Shown here: in pieces, positions 16,745 to 25,558 of the stretch | Numbering within the stretch: position 1 is the stretch's first letter | Layout: every line of letters begins with the position of its first letter | Source of the DNA: a virus | Lineage: Duplodnaviria > Caudoviricetes | Reading direction: 5' to 3' (one strand) | DNA: 64,000 bases | Virus record (IMG/VR): IMGVR_UViG_3300033121_001571 | Notes under the pieces: model-generated | What the model was told of the DNA's origin: nothing | What the model saw: only the letters and a program-made list of their open reading frames with translations | Database searches by the model: none | Translations under genes and position numbers: made by a program

Positions 16745-17055
16745 TAAAGAAACTCCTTCCAGGTGATCTGGTCATAATTGACAGCCGCAGCACAGCGTTA
16801 ACTGATTTACGCTGCACTGCTCTTGTTATTCACGTGACAACTGAAGTCTCAAATACTCATTTTATGAGAGACACAATCTACTGCTATGGTCTAGACGGTC
16901 ACAAGGTAGTGTTTTCACAGCACCCTGGAACGTACGTTCCTAGTTCTAAGAATCCTGATCTCAGACCAGTTCGTCCAAACAAGTCAGAGATCTGCAAGTT
17001 CTTTGTTGAAAATTTAGCAACGTTCTATAAAACGACACACTGCGACAATGCGTGA
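16741..17055 (+). CDS. array protein
   Basis: LLPGDLVI. Confidence 0.75.
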   Translation: MIKKLLPGDLVIIDSRSTALTDLRCTALVIHVTTEVSNTHFMRDTIYCYGLDGHKVVFSQHPGTYVPSSKNPDLRPVRPNKSEICKFFVENLATFYKTTHCDNA

Positions 17056-17350
17056 AGACGTGTTAAACTCTGGAGCTTTGGTCTGGATCGAAACTTATTA
17101 CCCCACACACACAGATGTTCTAGCGGTTGTTCTTAAAGTTGACACCGACGTGCAGTTCAGCGTCGGTCACTTGGGCAAAATCACGCAGTGGCAACACGGA
17201 GCAGGCGCTGCTGCATTGACCGTGCTCTGTGTCAAAGAGAACACAACAAAACAAATGATATGTTACTTAGATGACATCACCGAAGGGCGACGCAATCTTA
17301 TTGCGTATGGTTTGCATGAGAAATCTTCGTCTTTGATTCAGAGAATCTGA
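17048..17350 (+). CDS. array protein
   Basis: LNSGALVW. Confidence 0.7.
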   Translation: MREDVLNSGALVWIETYYPTHTDVLAVVLKVDTDVQFSVGHLGKITQWQHGAGAAALTVLCVKENTTKQMICYLDDITEGRRNLIAYGLHEKSSSLIQRI

Positions 17351-17655
17351 TGCTGATCCCAGGATCACTGATCATTACAGACGTAGAGTACTATCGCATT
17401 AACAACGAACCCACTCTTGTCTTAGCGCTAGATGATGCACCTGAAGTGCTAAAACCTGGCATGTCGAAATTGGGAGATCATCTCGCTAACAACAAGCGGT
17501 GGCAGTACTCTAATCTCATCACAGTTACGCTGTACTTTCTGTACGACAGAGAGACATTCAAGCTCACAGTACTAAAGTCAATAGAACACAACCGCGTAGA
17601 CAAAATTTCAGCTTATTTGTTTGACGGACGCTACGTTCTTCGATACGAGAGTTAA
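17350..17655 (+). CDS. array protein
   Basis: LIPGSLII; WQYSNLITVTLY shared with next gene. Confidence 0.8.
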   Translation: MLIPGSLIITDVEYYRINNEPTLVLALDDAPEVLKPGMSKLGDHLANNKRWQYSNLITVTLYFLYDRETFKLTVLKSIEHNRVDKISAYLFDGRYVLRYES

Positions 17656-17670
17656 AATCTTGAGTGAGTC

Positions 17671-17955
17671 ATGCTTAAACTCGGTGATTTGGTCAAGATA
17701 GACAATATCGGTCTGAAAGAAGAAGCACTTGTCTTAGCATTGGGCACGGTGCCAGAAAGATTAAAACCATTTGTCTCAAACATCAATTACAGTGAGTGTT
17801 GGCACTTTCCTAACCTCATAACTGCGACACTGTATTGTCTGAACAGCACGAGGACTATCAAGTTGATAGTTAAAAAAACGTTCTTCCCGTACCGTGAAGA
17901 CCCTAACGCGATCGTTCTAGATCACTATAACATTCTGCAGGAGTACGAAGAGTGA
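17671..17955 (+). CDS. array protein
   Basis: LKLGDLVKI; WHFPNLITATLY. Confidence 0.8.
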   Translation: MLKLGDLVKIDNIGLKEEALVLALGTVPERLKPFVSNINYSECWHFPNLITATLYCLNSTRTIKLIVKKTFFPYREDPNAIVLDHYNILQEYEE

Positions 17956-18215
17956 AGAAGGTTGTGGGTGACTCATGCTTAAAACCAGGTGACTTGGTCA
18001 AGATACACAACCTCTTCATAAAAGACACTGCAGTTATCATAGCGTTAAATGACAATGCGCCGAGCGAAACAGTGATATTGAAGTTGTACTGTTTAAATGC
18101 AATGATGAATGCCAGCGTGACAGTAAAACGATCGTCCGCTGCGCGAAGAGACGACAGTGTGATCTTTCTCGCGAGCTCTGACATTCTGACAACAATGTAC
18201 TCATGGTCGCTATAG
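17952..18215 (+). CDS. array protein, paralog of 17671 with frameshifted ends
   Basis: LKPGDLVKI; paralogous C-term GRYSALGKYEE* lies in another frame ending 18240. Confidence 0.65.
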   Translation: MKKVVGDSCLKPGDLVKIHNLFIKDTAVIIALNDNAPSETVILKLYCLNAMMNASVTVKRSSAARRDDSVIFLASSDILTTMYSWSL

Positions 18216-18330
18216 CGCTCTGGGGAAGTACGAAGAGTGAAGATACACATTTCGCGAGCTCGAACGCGAGAAATTTTGACTCTTTGAGACTCAACTCTCT
18301 CTGAGTGCTCTCTGTGCAGTTCTAAGCTAG

Positions 18331-18741
18331 AAGTATAAGCATTTGCTGCTAGTCGAACACTGTGTTCTGCAGTCTTTCTTGACCCAATTGCACACAGATG
18401 TTCAGGAGTGCAAATCTATGCGGAAGTATACCCTTGCACCGCGGTCGAACGCTGAAAATCGACAGCTCTCGAGACACAATTCAACACAGATGCATCTCGT
18501 TGCAATAATGAGCAGAAGTATTAGCTTTTGCTGCTAGTCGAACACTGTGTTGCGCTGTCTCTAAGCACTCAAAGCAGCACAGACGCTCTTGAGAACAAGT
18601 TGTGTCTAAAGTATAAGCTTTTGCTGCTAGCAGAGTCGCTGTGCACTACGCGCAGCACTCGACACTGAGTCGCGCTGAGTTTGTTGACAAAGTATTTTCA
18701 ATTTATTTTCAGTCAAAAAGTATTTTGAATTTATTTTCAGT
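18331..18741. repeat. four ~93-bp-periodic units plus two AT-rich 25-bp direct repeats (candidate replication origin)
   Basis: AAGTAT(A/T)AGC(A/T)TTTGCTGCTAG at 18331, 18516, 18609 and degenerate at 18424; AAAGTATTTT(C/G)AATTTATTTTCAGT at 18689 and 18717. Confidence 0.8.
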
Positions 18742-18971
18742 TGAGTGCACTTTTTTTGCGAAAAGCAGTCCCCTCATCCATACTTAAATTGTGACACTCT
18801 CTGGTGCGCTCTCTCACAAACATATCAGAGCACACAGACGTTATCTAGACCAAATCAAATCATAAACTCCCCCTCGAGTGCACAGAGAGACTCCCCTTCT
18901 GTGCGCTGAGTCACTAGCTAAGTATCCACTCACTCAAGTGAATTGTTCGCTCTTCTGTGGTATGTTGTCTC

Positions 18972-19265
18972 ATGTGGACTTCCGAACTCCTGAGACCGGG
19001 CGACATCATCGTTCACAAGTCAGAAATTGTCATGATCTGGGAGATCGTTGAGACAGATCGTACAAGCAACGTCACCAAACAGACATGCACGATCTGTTCA
19101 CTCACTGGTTACTCCAACCTTCACTGTTTTTTTACCACGAAGTTCATCGATTTTCGGTACACGCCAGACTTTCTCCCGTCTGAAGTGGAACTCCACTCTA
19201 TCAAAGAGGGATCTAGAGTCTTTGTGGTTGGAGTCTATGTTGACGGAGCCATTGTACATGACTGA
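18972..19265 (+). CDS. array protein (EGSRxF subfamily)
   Basis: MWTSELLRPGDIIV; EGSRVF; leaderless promoter 18938-18966. Confidence 0.8.
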   Translation: MWTSELLRPGDIIVHKSEIVMIWEIVETDRTSNVTKQTCTICSLTGYSNLHCFFTTKFIDFRYTPDFLPSEVELHSIKEGSRVFVVGVYVDGAIVHD

Positions 19266-19273
19266 GGCGCGAG

Positions 19274-19561
19274 ATGTGGACTTCTGAACCTTTTAGACCG
19301 GGTGACTTGATCTTCAAAGACGGTTTTTTTGTTGTTATGGTCTTGAAGATCGATAGAACAGAGCTCGCAGACAGACTTAACTTGTCGTACGTGCAAGAGT
19401 GCAGGCTACAACTTCTCACCGGAAGACACGTTCCTGAGATCTCCACGCAAAAGTGTGTTTGTTTTTTGTACTCTCCCCGGTTGCTTGATTGTGAAGCTGA
19501 TATCACGATCCTCCAAGAGGGATCTCGGATCTTTAAGTCCAACTGGAACATAGCGTTTTGA
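19274..19561 (+). CDS. array protein (EGSRxF subfamily)
   Basis: MWTSEPFRPGDLIF; EGSRIF. Confidence 0.8.
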   Translation: MWTSEPFRPGDLIFKDGFFVVMVLKIDRTELADRLNLSYVQECRLQLLTGRHVPEISTQKCVCFLYSPRLLDCEADITILQEGSRIFKSNWNIAF

Positions 19562-19576
19562 GAAGGAGTTAAAACA

Positions 19577-19921
19577 GTGTGGATCACAGAGCCTGCAAGA
19601 GCAAGAGACATTCTGATCAGTGACCAAGTGGATCACGACAGCTATTTCTTTCTCGCCATAGTCTTGAGTGTTGTCCGCGCGGAACTCATGGATAACATCG
19701 CTCTGTACAGACAAGTCTGCAGAGTGCAGGTGTTTGTTCCTGTCTTGAAAGATCATTTATTTCTCCCCGAAAAACTCACGCTCAACGAGTATGTCTGTCA
19801 CATGTGGTACACAGAAGACCCTTCACAGAGAGACAACGTTCGTCACCTTAAACACTTCTATCCGATCTCTGAGACTAAAGAGGGATCTCGGATCTTTAAG
19901 CTCAAGAAACACGGGTCCTGA
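19577..19921 (+). CDS. array protein (EGSRxF subfamily)
   Basis: MWITEPARARDILI; EGSRIF. Confidence 0.8.
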   Translation: MWITEPARARDILISDQVDHDSYFFLAIVLSVVRAELMDNIALYRQVCRVQVFVPVLKDHLFLPEKLTLNEYVCHMWYTEDPSQRDNVRHLKHFYPISETKEGSRIFKLKKHGS

Positions 19922-19936
19922 ACGAGAGAGCAGACA

Positions 19937-20329
19937 GTGTTTGCCCTAGATGAACTCAAAGTCGGAGATGTTCTTGTTTTTTCCCAGCGCGAGAGAGAGC
20001 AGGAGACTCTGCGATCATCCGAGATCCCACAGTCCTGTGTGACTGTGATCTTGAAGATCGTCAGCGCAGAGAGAATCTCATTTCACATGGTGAAACAAAA
20101 GTGCATGCTGCAGATGTTATCCTCTGTCGGAGAATCTGGATCGATCATTTACTTGCCAGATCTCTCGAATCGAACTTTGTCGCCCAGGAACGAATTTTAT
20201 GCTAATTTTGTGTATTACCTCCCAGAGTATTTCACCCTCAGCCCAGAGTTGAGATCACAGATCAAACAATATGTTCATCTCCAGCCCGCGGCTGAGGGAT
20301 CTCGGATCTTTGTCGCAACAAAAAGATGA
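19937..20329 (+). CDS. array protein (EGSRxF subfamily)
   Basis: LKVGDVLV; EGSRIF. Confidence 0.8.
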   Translation: MFALDELKVGDVLVFSQREREQETLRSSEIPQSCVTVILKIVSAERISFHMVKQKCMLQMLSSVGESGSIIYLPDLSNRTLSPRNEFYANFVYYLPEYFTLSPELRSQIKQYVHLQPAAEGSRIFVATKR

Positions 20330-20589
20330 AGAAGACCAGATTGACCCCCGGTGATTTGGTTGTTCTCACGCTTCCTGGAGCCTCATTTATGAGCGGAATC
20401 GCTATCGTCTTGTCCGCAGGCGAACTGTGCACCTTCCGAGGACGTTCTATGATGCAGCAGTGCAAGCTGTTTGTCTTTGAGAAGAACTGTTACGAGTTCA
20501 AGGTCTACTCTCTGTCAGACACTGTCTATCTGCGCCCCCGTGAGCTCGCCGTCGTAGACAACAAGATCTTTAAAATCAAGTTCACATGA
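20326..20589 (+). CDS. array protein
   Basis: LTPGDLVV; KIFKI. Confidence 0.75.
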   Translation: MKKTRLTPGDLVVLTLPGASFMSGIAIVLSAGELCTFRGRSMMQQCKLFVFEKNCYEFKVYSLSDTVYLRPRELAVVDNKIFKIKFT

Positions 20590-20864
20590 GACCCACAAGA
20601 CAACACAAAGATCTCTGTCTTGGTGACATTCTGATTGCTGCGAACATTTCGTACCTTATCATTGAAGTCAAAAAGACATGGATTCCTTCTCGTCCCGAGT
20701 GGACGGGTGTTAAAGGAATGATCATCGTGTCTTCATCCAACGTTCCAGAGTTATCAGTCCTTGCAACAAGGACCATGACTATCGCACCGCAAGACCTAAC
20801 CTTTGAAGCTAAAGACGGAATGTACAAGATCTGGCTCTTGAGACCAAATTACAAACAGAGATGA
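20586..20864 (+). CDS. array protein
   Basis: LCLGDILI; KIWLL. Confidence 0.75.
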   Translation: MRPTRQHKDLCLGDILIAANISYLIIEVKKTWIPSRPEWTGVKGMIIVSSSNVPELSVLATRTMTIAPQDLTFEAKDGMYKIWLLRPNYKQR

Positions 20865-21172
20865 AACACGAACTTGCTCCCGGCGACATCATAATCTATG
20901 TTTACAATCGAACTTACCCAGTTCAGGTTGCAGTTGTCACAAACATCACTGTGCCTGACTTTCCAAATTTGCACAATCACAAAAGTGCTATGGTGCAAGT
21001 TCTGCTTGCGTGCAAGTTAAATGACATGCCCAAAGACAGCGAATGGAATCTAGAAAACAACAGTTATCCAACAGTGAGAAAGTATGTCTTCCCGCTAGAG
21101 TGTCTAGAGTTAAAGTTTATCTTTAAACGCACGAAGATCTTCTTCTATGACCCGGAGTATTACAAAAAGTGA
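20861..21172 (+). CDS. array protein
   Basis: LAPGDIII; KIFFY. Confidence 0.8.
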   Translation: MKHELAPGDIIIYVYNRTYPVQVAVVTNITVPDFPNLHNHKSAMVQVLLACKLNDMPKDSEWNLENNSYPTVRKYVFPLECLELKFIFKRTKIFFYDPEYYKK

Positions 21173-21447
21173 TCTCTAGACTGATAAACCCAGGTGATTT
21201 AATCGTGGAAAGTTATGATAACGTACATCCAGTGCGCGTACTGTTAGTTCTAAACGTAGAATTCACTTTAGGTGGGTACGTGTACATACAATATTTGTTT
21301 CTCTACTCACTTTTCTCTAGTTCTAAATTCAGTTATTCCACGCCTCGAGGTCCTGTTCAGGATACCTTTGTAGTAAGCAATTTGACGTGTAAGACACTGA
21401 CGAAACAACAAAAGATCTTCTTCTATAGCATAGAGGTACTAAAGTGA
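21169..21447 (+). CDS. array protein
   Basis: INPGDLIV; KIFFY. Confidence 0.8.
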   Translation: MISRLINPGDLIVESYDNVHPVRVLLVLNVEFTLGGYVYIQYLFLYSLFSSSKFSYSTPRGPVQDTFVVSNLTCKTLTKQQKIFFYSIEVLK

Positions 21448-21686
21448 TCTCTCCGGGAAACATAGTTCTGTTTCAGTATTCTAATAACTACGATCCAAGA
21501 TCTGTGATAGAGCAAATTGGTGTTGTCATACGTGTATATGGTGATACTACCGCGTGGTATTTTAAGGCTAAATTGTTAGTCGTTGAGTGGAAAAGTGACC
21601 GCAAACACGTTAAAGAGTGTTATTTGTTGTACAACTCGTTAGCCACCACATATCCCAATGTATTCACGTATTACGCAGAAAGATAG
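21444..21686 (+). CDS. array protein
   Basis: ISPGNIVL. Confidence 0.75.
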   Translation: MISPGNIVLFQYSNNYDPRSVIEQIGVVIRVYGDTTAWYFKAKLLVVEWKSDRKHVKECYLLYNSLATTYPNVFTYYAER

Positions 21687-21691
21687 TTTAC

Positions 21692-21958
21692 ATGGAACAC
21701 AACACAGTGCGTCCAGGTGACATCATCTTTTTCCACCGACGATATACATACTCGCATCGTCCAAACAGTCACGTGTACACATTATTTATCAATAAAGTCG
21801 TTTTAGCTGAAACCTACGATTATTATCGTATCGTCGCAGTGTGTGTTTGGTCATCTTATCCAAATCTTTTGGATAAAGTCTTTAGTGATCTTTACGTCAA
21901 AATTGCTTGGATCGAGTGCATAAATGCCACAGAAAGAATCTTCAAATACACCACATGA
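21692..21958 (+). CDS. array protein
   Basis: VRPGDIIF; RIFKY (start moved to ATG 21692). Confidence 0.75.
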   Translation: MEHNTVRPGDIIFFHRRYTYSHRPNSHVYTLFINKVVLAETYDYYRIVAVCVWSSYPNLLDKVFSDLYVKIAWIECINATERIFKYTT

Positions 21959-22245
21959 TCAAAGTTAACATTGAACCGGGTGACATCATATTGTGTATGA
22001 ATCGTTACAGTCACTTCTCTTTTAAGAGAAAGCTTCTTCTTAAAAACATTGATAGCGTGTATTTCGTTAAAAAAATTCTAAGGAACGAAGAACATAACCG
22101 CGTTGTGGATGTAGAAGTGATGATTCTTTGGGAAAGATTTAACAGTGTTGATCGGTTCAAAAGACCAACGCACAGAGCAAGTTTCTACTTGCCTTGGACT
22201 ATACGTCTTTACAACGACAAAAGAATCTTCGCTTTCAACCCGTGA
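21955..22245 (+). CDS. array protein
   Basis: IEPGDIIL; ILW; RIFAF. Confidence 0.75.
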   Translation: MIKVNIEPGDIILCMNRYSHFSFKRKLLLKNIDSVYFVKKILRNEEHNRVVDVEVMILWERFNSVDRFKRPTHRASFYLPWTIRLYNDKRIFAFNP

Positions 22246-22508
22246 AAGATAACAGCTTAAAACCCAATGATATTATTGTCGATTTCTACATGGGTGAAAT
22301 TGTCTCAATCTTCATTCTCTTGACACTTCGTAACGAATTTCGTACTTCGTCACTGTGGCAGATTCAATCACTGTATGATTCTGATACAGTAGCTTCGCGT
22401 TACTTTTATTTTGAGGAATGTAAACTTGTTTACATGTTTAACAATGAGTTCAAGATAAGTGGTAAAAAAGCTCACAGAAGAATAGTCTTCTACTTTGGAA
22501 CACAGTGA
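22242..22508 (+). CDS. array protein
   Basis: LKPNDIIV; RIVFY. Confidence 0.7.
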   Translation: MKDNSLKPNDIIVDFYMGEIVSIFILLTLRNEFRTSSLWQIQSLYDSDTVASRYFYFEECKLVYMFNNEFKISGKKAHRRIVFYFGTQ

Positions 22509-22902
22509 ATAACAAACTCACGATCAGATCTGGCGACATCGTTGTGTTTACAGCGGCTAAAGCTGGTGATGTCGTCGGATGTGGGCTTGTTTTGTGCAAG
22601 CGCACCGGGGCGGTCTTCACCGTTGGGAACTCTGAGTTCCGTTTCGTGTGGACGTCCTGCGTGCGCTTGCACAAAACGGAACCGTGGGTTACGTTTTGTG
22701 CTCTTATAACGTTAGTGTAAAACCCATCAAAATCTTGAGCACTTACCTCCTCTGGCAAACAGAAGCTGAATGTTTGGACAAAGAACGTTGGTTTTACGCA
22801 GCACCGATGGTTGTAATACCAGTATTTTGTTCTCGCCTCAAAGTGATGAGATACCACAAAAATTCTGATCTTTCAAAGATTTTCTTGTACACTTTTCGTT
22901 AA
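22505..22902 (+). pseudogene. array gene split by a 104-bp hairpin-containing insertion with 9-bp duplication
   Basis: IRSGDIVV in one frame, LLW..KIFLY in another; GTTTTGTGC at 22589 and 22693; excision restores a 98-aa ORF. Confidence 0.7.
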
Positions 22903-22910
22903 ACTTCTCA

Positions 22911-23201
22911 ATGTCTAAACTCAAACCAGGAGATGTTGTCATATACAGCATCGGACTACCAACAGAAACAATCGAGAGTCTGTTAAAAACAGACGCTGTC
23001 AGTGCTGTGGTTATTATCTTGTCAGAGATAAAAGACCATTGTAACAAAATAAGACGCACTAACGATTCACAGTGCGTAAGAACACAGACTTTGTGGGATT
23101 CAACTAAATGGAAGTTTCCTCATTGTACAGGAGAAGCACACTTATTGCTAGATAATCTCATTAGATTAGAAGAAAAGCTGTTCTTGTTGTGCATTTTTTG
23201 A
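22911..23201 (+). CDS. array protein
   Basis: LKPGDVVI; LW; KLFLL. Confidence 0.75.
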   Translation: MSKLKPGDVVIYSIGLPTETIESLLKTDAVSAVVIILSEIKDHCNKIRRTNDSQCVRTQTLWDSTKWKFPHCTGEAHLLLDNLIRLEEKLFLLCIF

Positions 23202-23207
23202 AGCAAA

Positions 23208-23585
23208 ATGAAAAATTCTAAAAAATTCAGTCTTACGCAAGGCGATACTTTGTTGTATAGCTGCAACTTACGCCTTAACAAGTTTCTTATTGAAAAACAG
23301 CTCAATACTCAGATACAATCAACGTCAGAGATTAAAGGTTACGAAGTTGTAGCACACACAGTTATTTTACATGCAAGTTCTACACTCAGATCACAATTCG
23401 CGGCGAGCGGTGCGACGGGAGCACTCTATCAAACCATAATGCAGACTCCACCTTTGTCAGTGACCAACAAGCAACTTTTTGATTTTATTTGTTTCTACAA
23501 GTTCAAACTAACAGACCAACTGTACCATTGGAAGCTGGTACCCGTCTCTACGGGTATATTTCTGTTTTCCCCCAACGGTTACTGA
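23208..23585 (+). CDS. array protein
   Basis: LTQGDTLL; VSTGIFLF. Confidence 0.75.
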   Translation: MKNSKKFSLTQGDTLLYSCNLRLNKFLIEKQLNTQIQSTSEIKGYEVVAHTVILHASSTLRSQFAASGATGALYQTIMQTPPLSVTNKQLFDFICFYKFKLTDQLYHWKLVPVSTGIFLFSPNGY

Positions 23586-23589
23586 CCAA

Positions 23590-23958
23590 ATGATCAAACA
23601 AGGAGACATTGTTCTTGTTGGCTGGCAACGTGATGAGAACAACGATCGTAGTTATGAATTAAGACAACGATCTCAAAGTGAAAATTGGGATGTGGTGCAG
23701 TTAAAAAACATAGTTGTCACAACACAACTCTTTACGTTAAGAAGTCGTACATTTTCTTACAAGCATCAAAGTGACTGTTTATTTCACTCTGAATTCAAAG
23801 TGTTGTGGGCAAGTAAAGATTACTGGAAGCATGCTTGTTTTGACATGCATTTGTTTGTGGCGATTAGTTTATCTAAATTTGTAACATTGCATTTTGAGAT
23901 TGAAGATCTGAAAATTTTGTCTAATGGGTTACTGTTTCTAAATAAAAGCTTCTTCTGA
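23590..23958 (+). CDS. array protein
   Basis: IKQGDIVLVG; VLW. Confidence 0.75.
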   Translation: MIKQGDIVLVGWQRDENNDRSYELRQRSQSENWDVVQLKNIVVTTQLFTLRSRTFSYKHQSDCLFHSEFKVLWASKDYWKHACFDMHLFVAISLSKFVTLHFEIEDLKILSNGLLFLNKSFF

Positions 23959-23964
23959 ACAAAG

Positions 23965-24252
23965 ATGTTAAATCCCGGTGATCTCATTCTGCTCAAATAC
24001 AAGTATGACACTATGTCTGACATTGCAATCTTGTCTAAGGTACTCGTGCTTTCCGCTGATCGTTGTAGGTATGACCACTTCGGTCGGATCCACTATCAAC
24101 TATGTAAAGTGCGTATTCTTTGGATTCACCACAAAAGTTACTTCCACCGTGGAGATGTCACAAAAACTGGGAGTGCGTCTTGCGTGAGAAATTACCAGAT
24201 CTTTCTCAAAGATCTTGAGCAGGTGTCTAGTTCTTTGTTTTACTTGTCATAA
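23965..24252 (+). CDS. array protein
   Basis: LNPGDLIL; ILW; QVSSSLFYL. Confidence 0.75.
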   Translation: MLNPGDLILLKYKYDTMSDIAILSKVLVLSADRCRYDHFGRIHYQLCKVRILWIHHKSYFHRGDVTKTGSASCVRNYQIFLKDLEQVSSSLFYLS

Positions 24253-24277
24253 ACGTCTTCTTAAGGTCTCAAATCAC

Positions 24278-24616
24278 ATGGAACAATTAAGCCCGGGTGC
24301 CATCTTGCTGTTATCTGCTTTAGAACAAAGTAACATCGGAAGATTATATCCACTTGACAGAAAACTTGTCTTACACGTGAACACACAAAACAGTTCACAC
24401 ATAGTGTTTGCATCTTGTATAGTGTTATCTGTTACGCAAACAGGACATACGATAAAATTTTTCACAGTAAAAATGTGTTGGGTGTCAGAAGATTCAGAGT
24501 TCATAGACTTGATATTTGGCGACAGGCTATATCAAAACTCTGTCAAATTTTGGACAACTAACGATGATATCATAAAGATAGATGAGAGAGTGTTTTTGGT
24601 GGAACACACTCGTTGA
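24278..24616 (+). CDS. array protein
   Basis: LSPGAILL; KIDERVFLV. Confidence 0.75.
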   Translation: MEQLSPGAILLLSALEQSNIGRLYPLDRKLVLHVNTQNSSHIVFASCIVLSVTQTGHTIKFFTVKMCWVSEDSEFIDLIFGDRLYQNSVKFWTTNDDIIKIDERVFLVEHTR

Positions 24617-24641
24617 ACACTCAATGTTAAGTTATCTTCCT

Positions 24642-24743
24642 TCTGTGCTTCGAGATCTCTTTGAGATTAATCTTAAGAACTCTGTTAGTGTAGCCACATC
24701 ACAGTGAGAAAAGATTAATCTCAAAGAGATCTCGAAGCACAGA
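24642..24743. repeat. 33-bp perfect inverted repeat, 36-nt loop, abutting a promoter
   Basis: TCTGTGCTTCGAGATCTCTTTGAGATTAATCTT at 24642-24674 and its reverse complement at 24711-24743. Confidence 0.9.
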
Positions 24744-24772
24744 GTGCAACGTTTTGCTGAGCGGTGTACAAT
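24744..24772 (+). promoter_or_regulatory. early-type promoter GTGCAA-N17-TACAAT
   Basis: Motif match inside the array. Confidence 0.75.
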
Positions 24773-24784
24773 CTCTCGATAGAG

Positions 24785-25123
24785 ATGCTAAAACCCGGAG
24801 ACATCTTGCTCATTTGTCTTTCCAATGAAGATTACTTCAGGTGGAAGTACAATGAGGTCTGGTGTGATGAGAAGCTATTGATGATTGGTTCTAAGTTCAT
24901 AATTGCACATATGATGGTGTCATCAGATGTGATTCTATCTAAGAAAACTCGAGGTGCTAGATACGAGTGTCGTGATCTTATTCACATTTGGGTTCCAAAG
25001 AATAACAACAAACAAAGCATATATATTTTCCCAAGATTCCCAAGATCTTTTGCAATTTATAGTTCTGATCTCACTAAACTATCTGACGGGGTTTACCTCG
25101 TGAGCGACACATGGTCGCTGTAA
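24785..25123 (+). CDS. array protein
   Basis: LKPGDILL; KLSDGVYLV. Confidence 0.75.
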   Translation: MLKPGDILLICLSNEDYFRWKYNEVWCDEKLLMIGSKFIIAHMMVSSDVILSKKTRGARYECRDLIHIWVPKNNNKQSIYIFPRFPRSFAIYSSDLTKLSDGVYLVSDTWSL

Positions 25124-25317
25124 GCATGCCCAAACCTGGCAACTTGATCATCTGGACACACAACATAGTTGACTTAGTTTTAAATGTCACTGTTAATAAC
25201 GATGGTCAAATTGATCTGCTTCTTTATAACGTTAACAGTTGCGTAATTGATTTTTATCCTGACCTTGATAACAGTTCAAAACTAGAGAAGAACGGGTGTT
25301 GGATTTTACACGAATAA
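25111..25317 (+). CDS. array protein
   Basis: PKPGNLII. Confidence 0.7.
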   Translation: MVAVSMPKPGNLIIWTHNIVDLVLNVTVNNDGQIDLLLYNVNSCVIDFYPDLDNSSKLEKNGCWILHE

Positions 25318-25544
25318 AGCCTGGTGACTTGATTTTCTCTCTGTTTCTTAACGGAGAGATCAATCGTTTGTACGTAGTGATAAAATCAGATTATGATCTC
25401 GTTAGAAATGAATTTCTGGGTGAAGCGTATCTTATTCTTGATAATTCGTATTATCATCCTCGACGCAATGAAGTACTTCACTTGGTAGAACCAATCGGAA
25501 ATTTCTTAAAAATATCAGACAGAACTTGGACTCTTGCTTTCTGA
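25296..25544 (+). CDS. array protein
   Basis: IKPGDLIF; KISDRTWTL. Confidence 0.7.
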   Translation: MLDFTRIKPGDLIFSLFLNGEINRLYVVIKSDYDLVRNEFLGEAYLILDNSYYHPRRNEVLHLVEPIGNFLKISDRTWTLAF

Positions 25545-25558
25545 AGTGATACAAACTA

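Noticed and set aside
18331-18650. CRISPR array
   Set aside because: The period is 93 bp, the inter-repeat segments resemble each other (in-phase CACAGA), the units are degenerate and no cas gene is in the window; it fits a tandem or iteron repeat better
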